Below are positions 9,306 through 21,940 of a stretch of 64,000 bases of DNA, piece by piece. The stretch is taken from NCBI GenBank assembly GCA_013239625.1, contig MU053934.1:9445352-9509351 (forward strand), given 5' to 3'. The DNA is from Lama guanicoe. Its lineage: Eukaryota. A program made the position numbers and the translations under genes. The notes under the pieces were generated by a model that was given only the letters and a program-made list of their open reading frames with translations, had not been told where the DNA came from and ran no database searches. How positions within the stretch are numbered: the first letter of the stretch is position 1; each line of letters opens with the position of its first letter.

Positions 9306-12300
9306 GTGCGCCTGGGGGAGTGACCTGGGCCCGGGGCCGCAACCTCGGAGCCGGGCTGAGTAACCGCGGGGCCCCACCAGCACTGGCGGGGGCCGAGGCG
9401 CGAGCGCGGCGGGCGGGCGGGCACTGCCTCCTCTGGGCGCAGCCGCCTGGGGCCGTGCGCGCCTCGCCGAGCGCTGCAGCGGCCAATGTGTCCGCACTTG
9501 TCGGACTTCCCAGGTGACTCGCGGCCCCGGCAAGCGAGCTGCGAGCGAGCGAGCGCGCCCCAGGTAGGAGGATCCGCCTCCCGCCCGCCCTCCTCGCTCG
9601 CCGCACGCTCTCTCTCCCTCGCTCCCGGGCTCTCCCCTCCCTTTTCTCCTCCCTCCCCCGTGACACACGAACGCATCTATCCCCCGGGACCCCCCTCCCC
9701 AGGCCAACTCCCTTCCGTTCGCCTTCCTTGGACTGGGAGGAGGGAGGGAGTTGGGTTCTTGTGGGAGGGGGCGCCGGGGAGGGGGTGGCACGGAAGAGAC
9801 ACCTGCGGAGTGGTCGGCAGCTCCTCTGCGCCCTCGAGGGCGAGGGTGGGGAGCCAGGTAATGGCCGATTCAGGCTGTGGTAGCCACTCGGCTTCCAGTT
9901 TCTAGTGAGGGAGTGAGAGACCATCCACCCCCATCGCTGTTCTGGGCATGCTTCCCCTCCTCACATGGGGTCCCCCAGGGCCACGCTCTTAGCCCAGGCA
10001 TCGCTGCCAACCCCACAGACCTCGATCGGAGCCCTCCAGCTCCTACGGTCACTCCCACCTGTCAGTACCGCTGAGCTTACTCAGAGTAAGGACAGGGCAG
10101 GGACAGACAGACAGTCCTGGCCAGATGCAGGGGGATGGCTTGGATGACCTCCTACAGAAGCCATTTGGCTAAGCACCATGGTGGAGACAGGAGGATGTTG
10201 AGGGAGGTTCCTTGGCTCTGTGGAAGGCTTCCACCCCAGGGGTTCCCTGCCGACTCTCTCCCACCAACCCTAGTCCCCCTCAGTCTGCGCCCTCTCCTCC
10301 GCAGTACTCGGCTCAGTATTCATCTTGAGTGCCCAGAGCGCGAGGTCAGAACCACCGCAGTGCCTCACACACCAGAGCGGTCTGATTTAGCACCGTCCCA
10401 GGTGAGTGGGCCCCCGGGCCCGCAGACCGCTGTGCTGAAGCCCTGTCCTGAGAAGGCAGGACGGTGACCTTATGCCTAACCGCGGTCCTGGCCAGGCTCC
10501 TGTCCTGCTCCGCGGTTTACAGTCCTGGACGCCTTCGAGGGTGCCACTTCTGGGCGAGCGGACAGAACTGTGAAGCGCTTAGTCCCCAGGACCCAAGACT
10601 TGCTGGGATGGGATTATGAGTGATCGAGATATGGGGAAGGGTGTTGCTTCCAGCTGCCCTTGGTCCCACCTAGCCAGCCTGGGCGGGACTTTAACTCAGA
10701 GCACACATCCCCCTGCCCCCAACGCCCCCCGAGTCCCTCTCGACCCTCTGCTCCTGATCCCCTCTTAATCCTTCCAAATCCCCTGAACCTTTGCCACGAC
10801 CCCAGCGCGGGCCATTCCTCGGCCCCTCGATCAGAGGCGGGGCCGGTGCAGCTGTGCAGAGCAGGCGGATCGAGTTCCCAGGTGAAAAGGACGTTAGAGA
10901 TAATCACAGGCAGGGAAACTGAGGCATAGAAAGAAGTTAAATGACAAGAGCAGCCTCACCTCTGAGTGTTCCCTGCGTCCCAGCACCCCAGATGTCACCC
11001 CATTTCAACCAACGGGAAGCTGAGCCCTGGAAACCGGAGGGTCAGGCCAAGCCCTCGCAGCTGGTGGTTGGAGCGGGGCCGGCTGGAGGGGTGGGAGCCG
11101 CTGGAGGAGCTGGGGCACGCAGGCCGATGCTGCCACCCGGCGGCGACACCGCGGACGCCAGGCTGCGAGCTTGCGGAGACCAGGGTAGGAGGGTTTCGAG
11201 GGCCTCTGGGCCACGCAGGGCCTGGGACTGCGAGGCGGACAGGTGCCCCACCCTGGCACAGATTCTGAGGGCCACCTCACTCCCTCACCGCCACCAGCCT
11301 CAGTCTCCACCTCCGATAATGGGGCGAATCCTTGGGAGCTGTAGAGTGCGGCGGGACTTAATAATGATCCCAGCTGTGGCTCTCTCCTCCCGGCACCAGG
11401 CCTTCGGCGACAGCCACAGACCTCCGGCCTCGCAGACCCCGACTTCCCACCCCCAATCCGCTCCTGGGCCCGAGGTTGGATTGGCTCCCGAACCAGACAG
11501 GCGAGGTGGGAGCGAGAGTGGAGAGGTTTATGACCAGCGGATGGAACTCCTAGGTTAGTTTACTCACTCAGGCTGCCCCTCTGTGCCTCAGTTTCCCCGG
11601 AAGAACGGGATATAGAGCCGCTCCTCTCCGGACAGTGGGAGACAATGGCGCGGCGTCGTGCTGCCCCCTGCCGGCCACGGGAGGGAGGTGGCGCCAGGGA
11701 GAAAGGGACGAGCAGGAGGAGATACTGCTGGGCCAGGTGTGAGGACCACCCGCGTGACATCCAGCAAGTCTCTCCTCGATGGGGTCCGGTTTTTTGTCGG
11801 CGTCTCCAAGAGAGTCCCTGAATGGCTCTAAGGCGGGGGGAAATCTGGGTGGGAAGAGCTCTATGAATCCCCTCCAGGTGTGCGTGTGCACAGGCAGCTG
11901 TCTGGGGCAGCAGGCCTGAGGTTCCTACCCAGCATGGGTTCCCAGGGCTAATTCCAGGGCTCTGAGGTCTGCTGACAGCTACCCGCCCCCCTCATTAGGC
12001 CCCTCCTCCCAAATGGGATTGCAGCTGCAGTCATCCTGAGCAGGCTGGTGTCTGGCTCTAAGGCTCTTCTATCTGTCTGGGGTGGGAGAATGACTGAGTA
12101 GGAGGAAGTCGAGGGGGTACTTTTGCTGGGAATGGGGTTCTGGTACTCAGTGAATACGGAGACTTGCCAATGCCCAGGGGCAGAAGTCTCCAGCGTCAGG
12201 GTGCCCTGGGGATGCCAGAGGGGTCTTCGGCTACCTTTGGGCTCAGTGGGGCCCAATGGCCTCCACCACTTCTTCCCTGTGTGACCTCAGACAAAGCTTT

Positions 12301-12469
12301 CAAGCTCTGCAGTCTGTGTTTCCTCATTACTACATGGGGACAACAGCACGTACACTCCGTGGGGTTCTGACCTTTGAATGAGTTAATCCGTGTGAAGGTG
12401 CTTGCTTGGACAGTGTCTAGCACATGGAGGAGGGAGCACTCAGTCAGTGCAGGCTCAACCTGGTATCTT

Positions 12470-12900
12470 CTGGCCCCTGCCTGCCCCTCAACCTCATCAC
12501 TCACACAAGCACCTTTGTTCTCCTCTCTCTTGTCTTTCCTTCTGTTATTTGAACACAGCAAGTTAGTTCTGCCCCAGGACCTTTGCACACACATACTGTC
12601 CCCTTCTGGCACAGTGTTCTTCCCCTGCTTCTATGTGGCTTCAGCATAAATGTCCCACATCAGAGGGGCCTTCACATTCCTCTCCCCAAACATACTCACT
12701 GGTATTCTCTGTCATAACACTGTTGCTCCTTTTGTGACACTAAGAACAATATGTCATTATTTTTTCCCTAGGTACTACCAGCCGATAAGCCCCATGAGGG
12801 CCATCTCCATGTCTGCATTTGTTTCTACTCTATCCCCAAGATTCAAGATAGAACCTGGCATATAGAAGGGGCCCAATAAGCAATCATGGAATGAATGACT
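12470..12900 (+). mobile_element. L2 LINE 3' fragment (similar pieces near 36050-36250 and 42640-42950)
   Basis: L2-like ccccaggacctttgcac, ending in agaacctggcatatag...caataagcaatcatggaatgaatga. Confidence 0.7.
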
Positions 12901-13532
12901 TTCCAGGAGCCAGATACAGTGCTGCAGTGTCTGCAGTGTTGCAAGCCACGGAGGGCAGAGACCTGACATCAACTCCTTTGAACCCTGAGTTTGAGCTCAG
13001 CCACCACCCCCAGCACCGACCACAGCGCACTCCTGCTGCCTTTCTCCTGCCTCTTTCTTGCACCCTGTGACTGGCCTCACTAAGTGCTTCCTGAGCCCCA
13101 GCAACTCTTACTGAGGTTACGCTGAAGGTGTCTTGCACCTTGTCTAGATAAGCAGCAAGTGCTCATCTACTGAACCTCGCACAGCCTTGTGAAATGATGC
13201 CACTAGACTCACGGCACAGATGAGGAAACTGAGGTACGGAAGGAAGTGCTTGACCAAAGTCACACGGTTGGTGGAGCTGGGATTCGAACTCAGGCCCATC
13301 AGGCCCAGAGCTCTACACATCTCAGCATCTCGGGAGGCAGGGCCTGTGGCTCATGGAGTGGAGGATACAGGGCTGGCCATCCATAACCAGCTGTGGGAGC
13401 TCCAGTTCAGCGGAGGGGAACGCTGAGTGTGGTGAGAGGCTGGAGGAAGGAGGCCATGAGGAAGGGGCTGGCGACACTGGGAAAATCCCAGGGAAAGTGA
13501 GATTCATGATGAGGGCCTGGAAAAGAAGGGAT

Positions 13533-13880
13533 GTGTGGCAGGCAGAATCCCTGATGGCCCCTCGAGATGCCTGCTGTAATGCCAGAGACCGTGAATAGGG
13601 TGAGATATGGTGCCCGTGATTACGTGACATGGCAAAAGAAGTGATGAGTTTATTAATCTATTGACTTTGAGCTCAGCAAAAGAGGATTGTCCCAGGGGGC
13701 CTGTCCTAATCATACAAGCCCTTTAAGGGCAGAGAATTTTCTCCAGCTTTTGGCCAAAGGGGCAGACAGAGAGATTTGAAGCACAAGGAAAATTGGAGGC
13801 ACCATTGCTGGCTTTGAAGATGGAGGGAAACTCGTGGTGAGGAATTCACGTGGCCTCTAAGGGCTGAGAACTCCTAGAAC
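13533..13880 (+). mobile_element. MaLR LTR (MLT1-type) fragment
   Basis: Begins tgtggcaggcagaat, with typical acatggcaaaag, ctaatcatacaagccctttaa and ttgctggctttgaagatggagg motifs. Confidence 0.75.
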
Positions 13881-14625
13881 TGGAGAAAGAATAGAGATGC
13901 CCTGCCCGCTGGAGGAAGGCCCCTCGGGCTGAAGGAAGTGAAGAGGAAAGGGGGTGTGACCTTCAGGGTCGGGGCCAGGATGGAAGAGGGAGTGGGAAAG
14001 GGCGAGAGGTTGGCACTGGGAGGACCCTTGGGCCAGTCCTTGGAGAGTTACATGGACATGACCCATCATGTGGAAGTTCAGCTGGTGCCTGAGGATAACC
14101 ACCATCCAGGAAGACGCCACGCACTTGCCCAGGTGGATGGGGTCCCCAGCACGAGAGCTTTTTCAGTTCTAAAACCAGAGAGTCCCTGGCAAACTGGGCC
14201 AGGTTGGTGGGCCTAGCTGTAGTAGCTCTTTTTCTCGTTACTGTGGAGGAAGAACTTTCTATCAGCAGCTGCCAGGACATAAACCATGTATTTTCTAGTG
14301 AAAGGATGTCTGCCTGGACCCAGGACTTTTTACTTCCCATCCAAATTTCCCTGTGCAAACTTCTCCTCCCTCTTTTCAAAGACCCAGAACATTCAGAAGC
14401 CCCTCAGGACAGAGGGTGGAGGCAGTGATGGACAGTGAGTATGAAGAGGAAAGCCCTCATATCAGGGCTTGGGTGCGAGAAGACAGTGGGGAAAATAGCC
14501 TCCATTGTATTTCATGCCACAATGTGCAGAAGGCAGTCAAAGCTGTACTCAGAGGCAGATGCATTGCTTTCATCACTAAAAGAAAAGATGAAAATAAGTG
14601 AACCAAGTATTGAGATTAAGAATTT

Positions 14626-14742
14626 GTTTTGTTTTGGGGGTGGGTAATTAGGTTTATTTTTTTAATGGAGGTACTGGGGATTGAACCCAGAACTTTATGC
14701 ATGCTAAGCATGCACTCTATCACTGAGCTATGCCCTCCTCCA
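14626..14742 (-). mobile_element. tRNA-Ala-derived SINE (camelid type) with 13-bp target-site duplication (TSD)
   Basis: Reverse complement has an A box (TAGCTCAGTGAT), an anticodon-like TTAGCAT, a B box (GGTTCAATCC) and an A-rich tail. TSD AGATTAAGAATTT at 14613-14625 and 14743-14755. Confidence 0.9.
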
Positions 14743-14775
14743 AGATTAAGAATTTTTATAAGTAATGTATTAGTC

Positions 14776-14957
14776 CAAGATTTAGCAAACTTTTCTGAAA
14801 AAGGTCAGATAGTAAATATTTTAGGCTTTGCTGGGCCACATGCAGTCTCAATCACATAGTCGTCTTTGCTGTATTAATTTTTTTTTACAACTCTAAAAAT
14901 ATGAAATCCATTCTTAGCTTGGGAATTTGGCTCCTAGCCATAGTTTGCTGACCCCTG
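14776..14957. mobile_element. MER58-like hAT-Charlie MITE with 8-bp TSD
   Basis: Terminal inverted repeats caagatttagcaaac and gtttgctgacccctg. TSD TATTAGTC at 14768-14775 and 14958-14965. Confidence 0.85.
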
Positions 14958-15495
14958 TATTAGTCAGGACTTTCTCTATTGCAAATGACAGAAGCCAAAC
15001 TGTAAGCAATAAAAAAATTAAATTACTGATTCACATAACTGAAGAGTCCATGGGCAGTATGGTTTCAGGTATAGCTGGATCCAGGACTCAGATAAAATTG
15101 CCAGTGAGTTCTGTCTCTCCTGTCAATTCTGCTTACCTGGAAGTTAGTCTCATTCCCGGGCAGACCCTCTGCATGCAGCGGCCCCTCACAGCGCTGGGCG
15201 TCCGCCTTGCCATTTGACAACCACAGAAGAAGAGAGCTTCTCTTTCCCAGGTTCCAACCAAGTTTCAAGATTGACGGTCATGGCCTTTGACTGGTCTGGC
15301 TTGGGTCGCATGCCTGTCCTTCAGCCAGTTACTGTGGCTGGGCAGGGAAGCACTGGCCTGGGTCACATGGGATTTTGGAGCTCAGCTTGGGGTCATTCCT
15401 ATCCAGATTGCATAGACTGAGGACGGGCAGCAATGGGTCCATGAAAATGGAAGAGGGAGTGAATGCTGGTTGGGAAAACTAACCAGTGTCCACTG
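14958..15495 (-). mobile_element. Old MaLR LTR (MLT1J/K-like); a related fragment lies near 17310-17700
   Basis: tattagtcaggactttctctattgcaaatgacagaa, ttcaggtatagctggatccagg and tgactggtctggcttgggtcgcatgcc. Confidence 0.7.
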
Positions 15496-15818
15496 CACAC
15501 TTGAAGTTCTGTGTTTAACAGACGCTTATACAGCACAGCCACTGTTCATTCTTTTGTTTACTCCTCATCGCAGCCTGTGAAGGAAGTTTTGTTATCACCC
15601 CACGTACCGATGAGGAAACTGAAGCACAGAGAGGCTAAGGGCCCTGCTCAGGGACCTGAGGGTGATCCAACTGGAAACGTACTATAGTATGTTCCGTCGG
15701 TCAAAGAAGAAAGGCCATAGGCTCATCTCCAAGGATGCCAAAACGGCATTGAGAAAAACTGAACATTCCTTCCTAATGTGAAAAAACAAACATATAACAA
15801 ACAAGCTCTTAGAAAACT

Positions 15819-16092
15819 TGGGGAAGGGACAGACTGGGAGTTCGAAATTTGTAGACACTGACAGGCATATGCAGAATAGATAAACAAGATTATACTGTAC
15901 AGCACAGGGAAATATATACAAAATCTTGTGGTAGCTCACAGTGAAAAAGAATGTGACAATGAATATATGTATGTTCACGTATAACTGAAAAATTGTGCTC
16001 TACACTGGAAATTGACACAACATTGTAAACTGACTATAACTCAATAAAAAATGTTTAAAAATTTTTTTAAATAAAAATAAATTTAAAAAAAC
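15819..16092 (+). mobile_element. Relatively young 5'-truncated L1 (3' UTR plus A tail) with 8-bp TSD
   Basis: Contains tactgtacagcacagggaaatata and acaacattgtaaactgactataactcaataaaaa. TSD AGAAAACT at 15811-15818 and 16093-16100. Confidence 0.88.
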
Positions 16093-19000
16093 AGAAAACT
16101 CAGACTCTGTCTCCCTGGCTCACTCCCCCGAGGCCAGCCTCTGCAGCCCTTCACTTTCTGGGCTCTTGACAAGTGCCCCTAACGCCACTCAGCCCGGAGT
16201 CCAGGCAGCTGTCTGTGGTCCACAATTTGGTCCTGTGTCTCTGTGCCTCTTCCACGCTGTTCAATGCTGGAATTCCTTTCCCTCTTCTTTCCACTACTAT
16301 TTACAGCCTGGCTCCAAACTGACCTCTTCAGCTCTTAGGCTGGGTCAGGCCTTAAAGGGCACTGAAAGCCAGACCAAGACCTTGGATCTTATCCTAGGCA
16401 AACGCCAAACACTATGCACTCCTGAGTAAGCCGGGACTTCTCAGCGGCAGCACCTTGGACATTTGGGGCTGGACCACTCACTGGGCTGGGGGGTGCTGCG
16501 CTGTGCACCATAGGATGTGCAACAGCATCCATGGCCCTCACCCATTAGCAGCTTGTAGCTCTGCTCCCCCAAGCTGTGACAACCCAGTGTTTCCAGACTT
16601 TCTGATGAGTAGCAGGGGTCTAAGCTGTAAGGTGTGGGCTTTTGGGCATGGAGGATGCGGGTTCTGCCCACCCTACTGCTTGGACACCCCCAGGATGTGG
16701 CCAAGTCAGCCTGGTTCAAGCTAGGTCACAGGCACATCTGACCTCCCTCTTGGCAGAAGCACAAAGTCTAAATAAGCAATGTCCTTTCAAGCCAGGGACA
16801 CAGAACCTACACTCCCTCTGCCCACATCCCACTGACGCTGGCCGGTCGCTGGCCTCACTCAGCTGCAAGGGGCTGGGGACCCTGGTTGTGGGCTGGGCTG
16901 CTGACCGCAACCAGCTTCCACTTTACAGAACAGGTGGGCACACAGACCCAGACGGGGGTGGTGGGGGGGAACGTGGGTTCTGGAGGACAACTGGCAGTCC
17001 CTCACTTCCCTTTAGACTCTGGTCCCCACCCCGGTCCCCTCTGTACCCACTGCCTGACATCCTCCCACGCTACTCATCACATTCCTACAGGCCTCTCTAG
17101 GCCTTTGATTTCACTGCTCCTGGTCTGAGGGTGCAGCCCTTACTCCTTAGTTTAGGACAGGAGACCTTGTACCCAGAGTCAGATCGTGGACAGCCAGTCA
17201 TCCGCTGGTACTGCGCCAACCACTCAGATCACACGCAGACCTTCAGGCTGATCACTCCTCTGGTCTTCATGCTGTTCCCTCTTCTTCAAAAGTTCCTCCC
17301 TGCTCCGCCAGCTCTGATTTGCTCTGACTGCCTGTTACAGCAAAATTCAAAAGCACAGTGCTTAAACAAGACAAACGTGCATTTGTTTTTCCCATAAAAG
17401 AAGTCTAGATGTAGGCAAACTCAGGCTGGTATAAAGGCCATGTGTGTCATCAGGGACTCAGGGTCCTGCCAGCTCACTGCTCTGCCTTCCTGAGCAAGTG
17501 TTCCTTCACCTCAGGCTCCCAGATGGCTGCTACAGCTCTGCCATCACATCTGCTTTCCAGGCCACTAGATGGAAAAAGAGCCAAAGAAGGACATGCCTCT
17601 CCCCACTCCTGGATACTCCCACTTACTGCTCCTTGGCCAGAACATTGTCACATGGTCATGCCTAGTTACAAGGGAGGTGGCAGATGTCATTTTTCAGCCG
17701 AGCAGCCCTAGGCCCAGGTAAAACTGGAGCCCTGTCACTGAGGCAGACGGGGAGGTGGATACTGGAGCACACCATCACTGACTTCTCTCCGCCCCGCAAT
17801 CTACTCCCATGTCCCCTTCCTGGATCCACTCAGCCTTGTGGGCACCTGATTGTCCAGACCTCCTCCCTCAGGGCTCCGCTAGGCCTCAGCCTGCAGCCTG
17901 GTCCAGAAAGTCTGTGCTGGAGGAATAAAGGAGCAGGTGGACGCCCCCACCACCCCAGCCCAGCCAGCCCTGCTCATGAGAAGAGTGTTGAGCCAGACCC
18001 ACTTGGGGCTGATCTGGGCAAAGCCACTGCCACGGGGCTGGGAGGCAAGGAGAGGCCTCATTGTCTCCTGCAAACACTTCCATTTCTCCCCATCGTCACT
18101 CTGCACTGCGCTGAACGTCATGCATTTTTCATGCCCTTAAGCCAAGTGTATTCTTTAGAAAACAGGGCTGAGTCGCCTGCTTTCCCAGCCTCTCAGGGAG
18201 TGACTGGCCAGTCATTTAGGGGAGGGGGAGACTCATTTCTGAGCCAGGGACTCATCCTTAAGAAGCTGGATTAACTGTCCGAAACATAATTGCATCTGTA
18301 GCTGTAATCCTATTTGCCAGGCTGATCTCCTAAAAGCCATGGGGTGTTTATTCTTCGTCTCAGGCACCAGGGCCAATCACTGACCCACTGATGCCTGGGA
18401 ACCTGCATTCTTACCCCCACACCCCATGTGACTGGTGACCAACAAAGACTTTGACTCGTAGTCAAAGTATTCAGTTGGAGCCCCTTACTTTAAGGGAGGG
18501 AAGAATGAGACTCAGGGAGGGAAAGGACTGTTAGGGTCCCTCAGGGGTCAAGCAAGGATCGGAACCTGGTATACTGCCCCTGGGCCCAGGCCTCTGAGCT
18601 CTCATGGCAGCGGGTGCCCAGGGCTGCCCAGGGCTGCTTGCATGGCCCCCGGTCCTGCAGCTGCAGCTAGCAGATCTAGCATCCAGCCCTTGGACTGGGG
18701 TCCCCTGCCCAGCCATACGGCCTTCCGTGCAGGGCCCCTGGGAGGTGGGCACAGTGACCCAGCCTCAACGGAGGCCCCTCATCGTGGCCTGCGATGCACA
18801 CAGGCCACCAGAGGGCAGCACCCAGAGTGTCGGGCGGTCTCCAGTCCTGGCCTAGAAGGTGCCTTGGTATCTCCGCAGCTCTGGGGCTCGGTTCACCCAG
18901 CTGTGAAATGATGCCCTCTGACCCCTCATCACTGGTGGTGTCCCCAGAATGGTGAATAAATGAAAGACTGAGTGAATGAACAAAGGAAAGAGATGATAGG

Positions 19001-21940
19001 CCCACCTCAGTCTGCCAAACCCTGCTTCCCTCCTCGGCACCTGTTCTGCTGCACCCCGCTCGCCTCCGCTCCAGGGTTAATCAAGGAAACGCACACACCA
19101 CAGGCCATTTCAGAGCTGGGTGCCTGAGGGACCCGGGAGACTCCCAGCCACAGAGCGGGCTTGGACTCGGCCCCTTCAGCACTCCTGTGGGACGTGGGCG
19201 GCCGTTCCTCCCCAAGGTGCCTCACTCAGGGGGGCACTGGGAGAGGGAGGTCGCAGGGAGCCTTTAGGAGACACAGGGTGTGCAGCACCCAGCACAGTGA
19301 GGGTGGGTAGGTGCTGGGAGGGGCCCCTCCCAGCTGGCTCCTAAGCTCAGGGTGAGCACGCAGAAAGTGGGGGAGGGCAGGGGCAGGATCTGGAGATGGA
19401 GACTGGGCGCCAGGCTCTGACTCTGAGCCTCAGTTCCCCACCCATCACACGCTCTCCAGCTGCCTCCTTAGTGGTCACCCTTAGCAGAGCCTGGCTCATG
19501 CTAAATGCCCCAGCAAATGAGGGGCATCTTGCCTTTGAAGGGCAGTGATGGCAAACACGAGGGCATTTCCAGGGTGCTCGGAACATGGAAATCACTCTGC
19601 TGAATGACCCCTCCTCTTTCGAGGAACTGTGCCCGAGAGAGGGGGTGGGTGGCCCAGGGGGTGGCAGACCTGCCCATACACTCCTCCCCTAAGTGGGCAG
19701 CTGGGATCCCAGTGGAGGGACAGGGTGCATCCAGGCCAGGGCCCAGGACAGAGCCCTGCCTCTGGGAAAGGGGGTTCTGCTGGAATTAACCACCTCCCCA
19801 CCCCTACCCCTACCCCTTCCCCAACGAGACCACAGGGAACGCAGCTCCTGAATCCCACTGCATCTCACTTCACGCAATTTCCATGCCTCTTGAGCCATCC
19901 CTTAGCGCCCCAGGTGCCCCACCCTCCCTGCCTGGTGGGCAGTGGACATAAACGAGCCAAGGTGGCTGGGCTTGGGGACCATGTTCAGCCTCCTTCCTCC
20001 TCCTCTCTGCACACCTCCGCACCTTCTCTTGTGCTGGTCCCTGAAGGTTGTTTCTTGGACTTTCTGCCTGGCTCATCCTTCAGGGCTTGGCAATGGCTGC
20101 CCTCCTGCAGGAAGCCTTCCCTGAACACCCCTGTCTGGTGCAGACCTCCTTGGCGCTCCCAGAGTCCTAGTCACTCACTTTTTGTTTTTTGTGGCATCTC
20201 CACTGGAGGGCAGAATCTCCTGATTCCTTCCTGGGGGCTGGGGTTTTTACATTCTCCCCCAAACTGGAGACAACATGGGGAAAATTTAACTGATTTCCTA
20301 GCCAGTGGTCTGAATGTGGTCTCTTAGAGACAGGCAGGGAGGAAATCAAACTTGACCAAAGATTATAAAGTACTAAAAGCTCACAGAAGGCACTGGGTGA
20401 GCTTGTAACTGAATTACACTGGGTCTTCCATCCTGCCCCCGGAGAACAGCTGGGGCCCCGTGGCTGCTGGGTTATTAAAGCAAATGTATTCCTGCCATGG
20501 TTTGGTCAACCAGGTCCACCTAGCAGATGCAGCTTTCTCTGGCCAAGGAAATGAGCTTTTCTGGTCAAACTTTTAACAGCCCAGAGAAATGAGTGCAAAC
20601 TTTATGAGGCCCTGAAGCTTCCATGTCCCTGGGACCTGTGGCCCAGGTGGAGCGTGCATGAGAAGGCCAGAGGTGGGGACGAGAGCCGAAGGCCCACTGT
20701 TCCATCCCCGCAGGGAGACTGTGGGCACGTTTCCAGCCTCTCCAGGCACAGCATCCTCACTCATTTGGGACAGAAGCTTGTTCGCAGGCACTGGTGACAA
20801 CAGGAGAAGAAGGGAGACCCCCAATTGTGTTTAGTAGGCAGGCCAGGCTGTCCAGGGCCCTGGGGTCCAGAAAGAAATCAGGTGGTTCTGCCCTACAGGA
20901 AAGATGCCACAGAAACTGACCTAGGGTCGTGGGAGCCTAGGGCCTCAGGAGCCCCAAGGAAGCCTGCAACAGGCAGGGGTGGTCAGGGAAGGCTTCCTGG
21001 AGGAGGGCAGCCATTACCGAGCTCTGAAGGATGAGCCAGGGAGACAGTTCAAGACACAACCTTCCTGGCAAGGGACTAGTGTGAGTGAAGGCACAGAGGT
21101 GTACAAGAACAAGCCTGCTTGCAGAACATGGAGGCAGAGGCCTTGGCTCCAGCCTAGGGCTGGCTGAGGGGCTTTCTTTCAGAAGCTATAAAATGAGGTG
21201 ACAATGCCTTCCTGCCCCCAACAGACCCTGCAGCCACCTCCCTGAGGTTCCTAGGAGCACAGTCCCTGCACCCTACCTCTTCAAACCCACTTGCACTGAA
21301 CCCCCAGCCCCAGCTCCCATTGCCTCTCCAGCCACACAGACCATCCTCAGTGACCCCTCACACTCTGTTTTAAGCACATTGCCTAGATCTCCCTCCTCTA
21401 AACCTTCTTCACCAGAAGATTCTTGAAATTCCTCTTCAGCCCAGTGAAGGGGTTGCCACCTCCTCCAGGAAGCCCTCCTGGTTGTCCCAGGTAGCCTTAG
21501 ATAACCCCTCCCTTTGATCCCCTCAGCCCTTTGGCCCTCCCATGTCGAGATGGATCCCTCTGTGCTCTCTCTGTCCCTCCAGGAGAAGCCTCTGGGCAGA
21601 TCTGGGACTGAGGACTTGTCTGCATTCTGCCTTAACCCCCTGCACCCCAAGTCCAGCGTGAGGCCTGCGGTATGTGTGGGAGAGACACAAGCACGACCGC
21701 ATGGCCAGGGAGACTCTGGGCTGCCCTGTGATGACCACTGAGGAGGCTTCTCTGGCAAGTGTGGTGATAAGGCTGGTGATGGTGGTGGTGATGGTATTTT
21801 GGAGAATGAAAAGCAGGAAAATCTCTTCTCCACCCACTGGGTCCAGTTTTGAACCTGGATTTGCCCTTCCATGGGACAACCCTTGGACAAGAACTGCCCA
21901 CTTCAGCCCCATTTTTCCGTGGAAGTAATCGGGCAGGGGG

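Larger units (their letters stand above)
8050..9900. promoter_or_regulatory. WNT7B: CpG island, main WNT7B promoter and 5' UTR (boundaries approximate; weaker CpG-rich shoulder to about 11800)
   Basis: Extreme GC/CpG density around the MHR exon. CCAAT at 9483-9487 and an NKX2-type CAAGTG on the minus strand at 9495-9500. Confidence 0.9.

Noticed and set aside
9034..9924. 296-aa ORF in frame with the WNT7B start, suggesting an N-terminal extension
   Set aside because: The extension is low-complexity Arg/Ala/Gly/Pro sequence from a CpG island where stops are rare. The ATG at 9924 is probably upstream of the TSS, and the extension would bury the signal peptide. Only the last 24 codons are real.
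14650..14742. tRNA-Ala-like sequence with A and B boxes
   Set aside because: It is degenerate, has an A-rich tail and a TSD, and recurs three times in the window, so it is a SINE rather than a tRNA gene.
18448..18468. Perfect 9-bp hairpin ACTTTGACT-cgt-AGTCAAAGT
   Set aside because: One or more such stems are expected by chance in 64 kb, and it is too short for a pre-miRNA.
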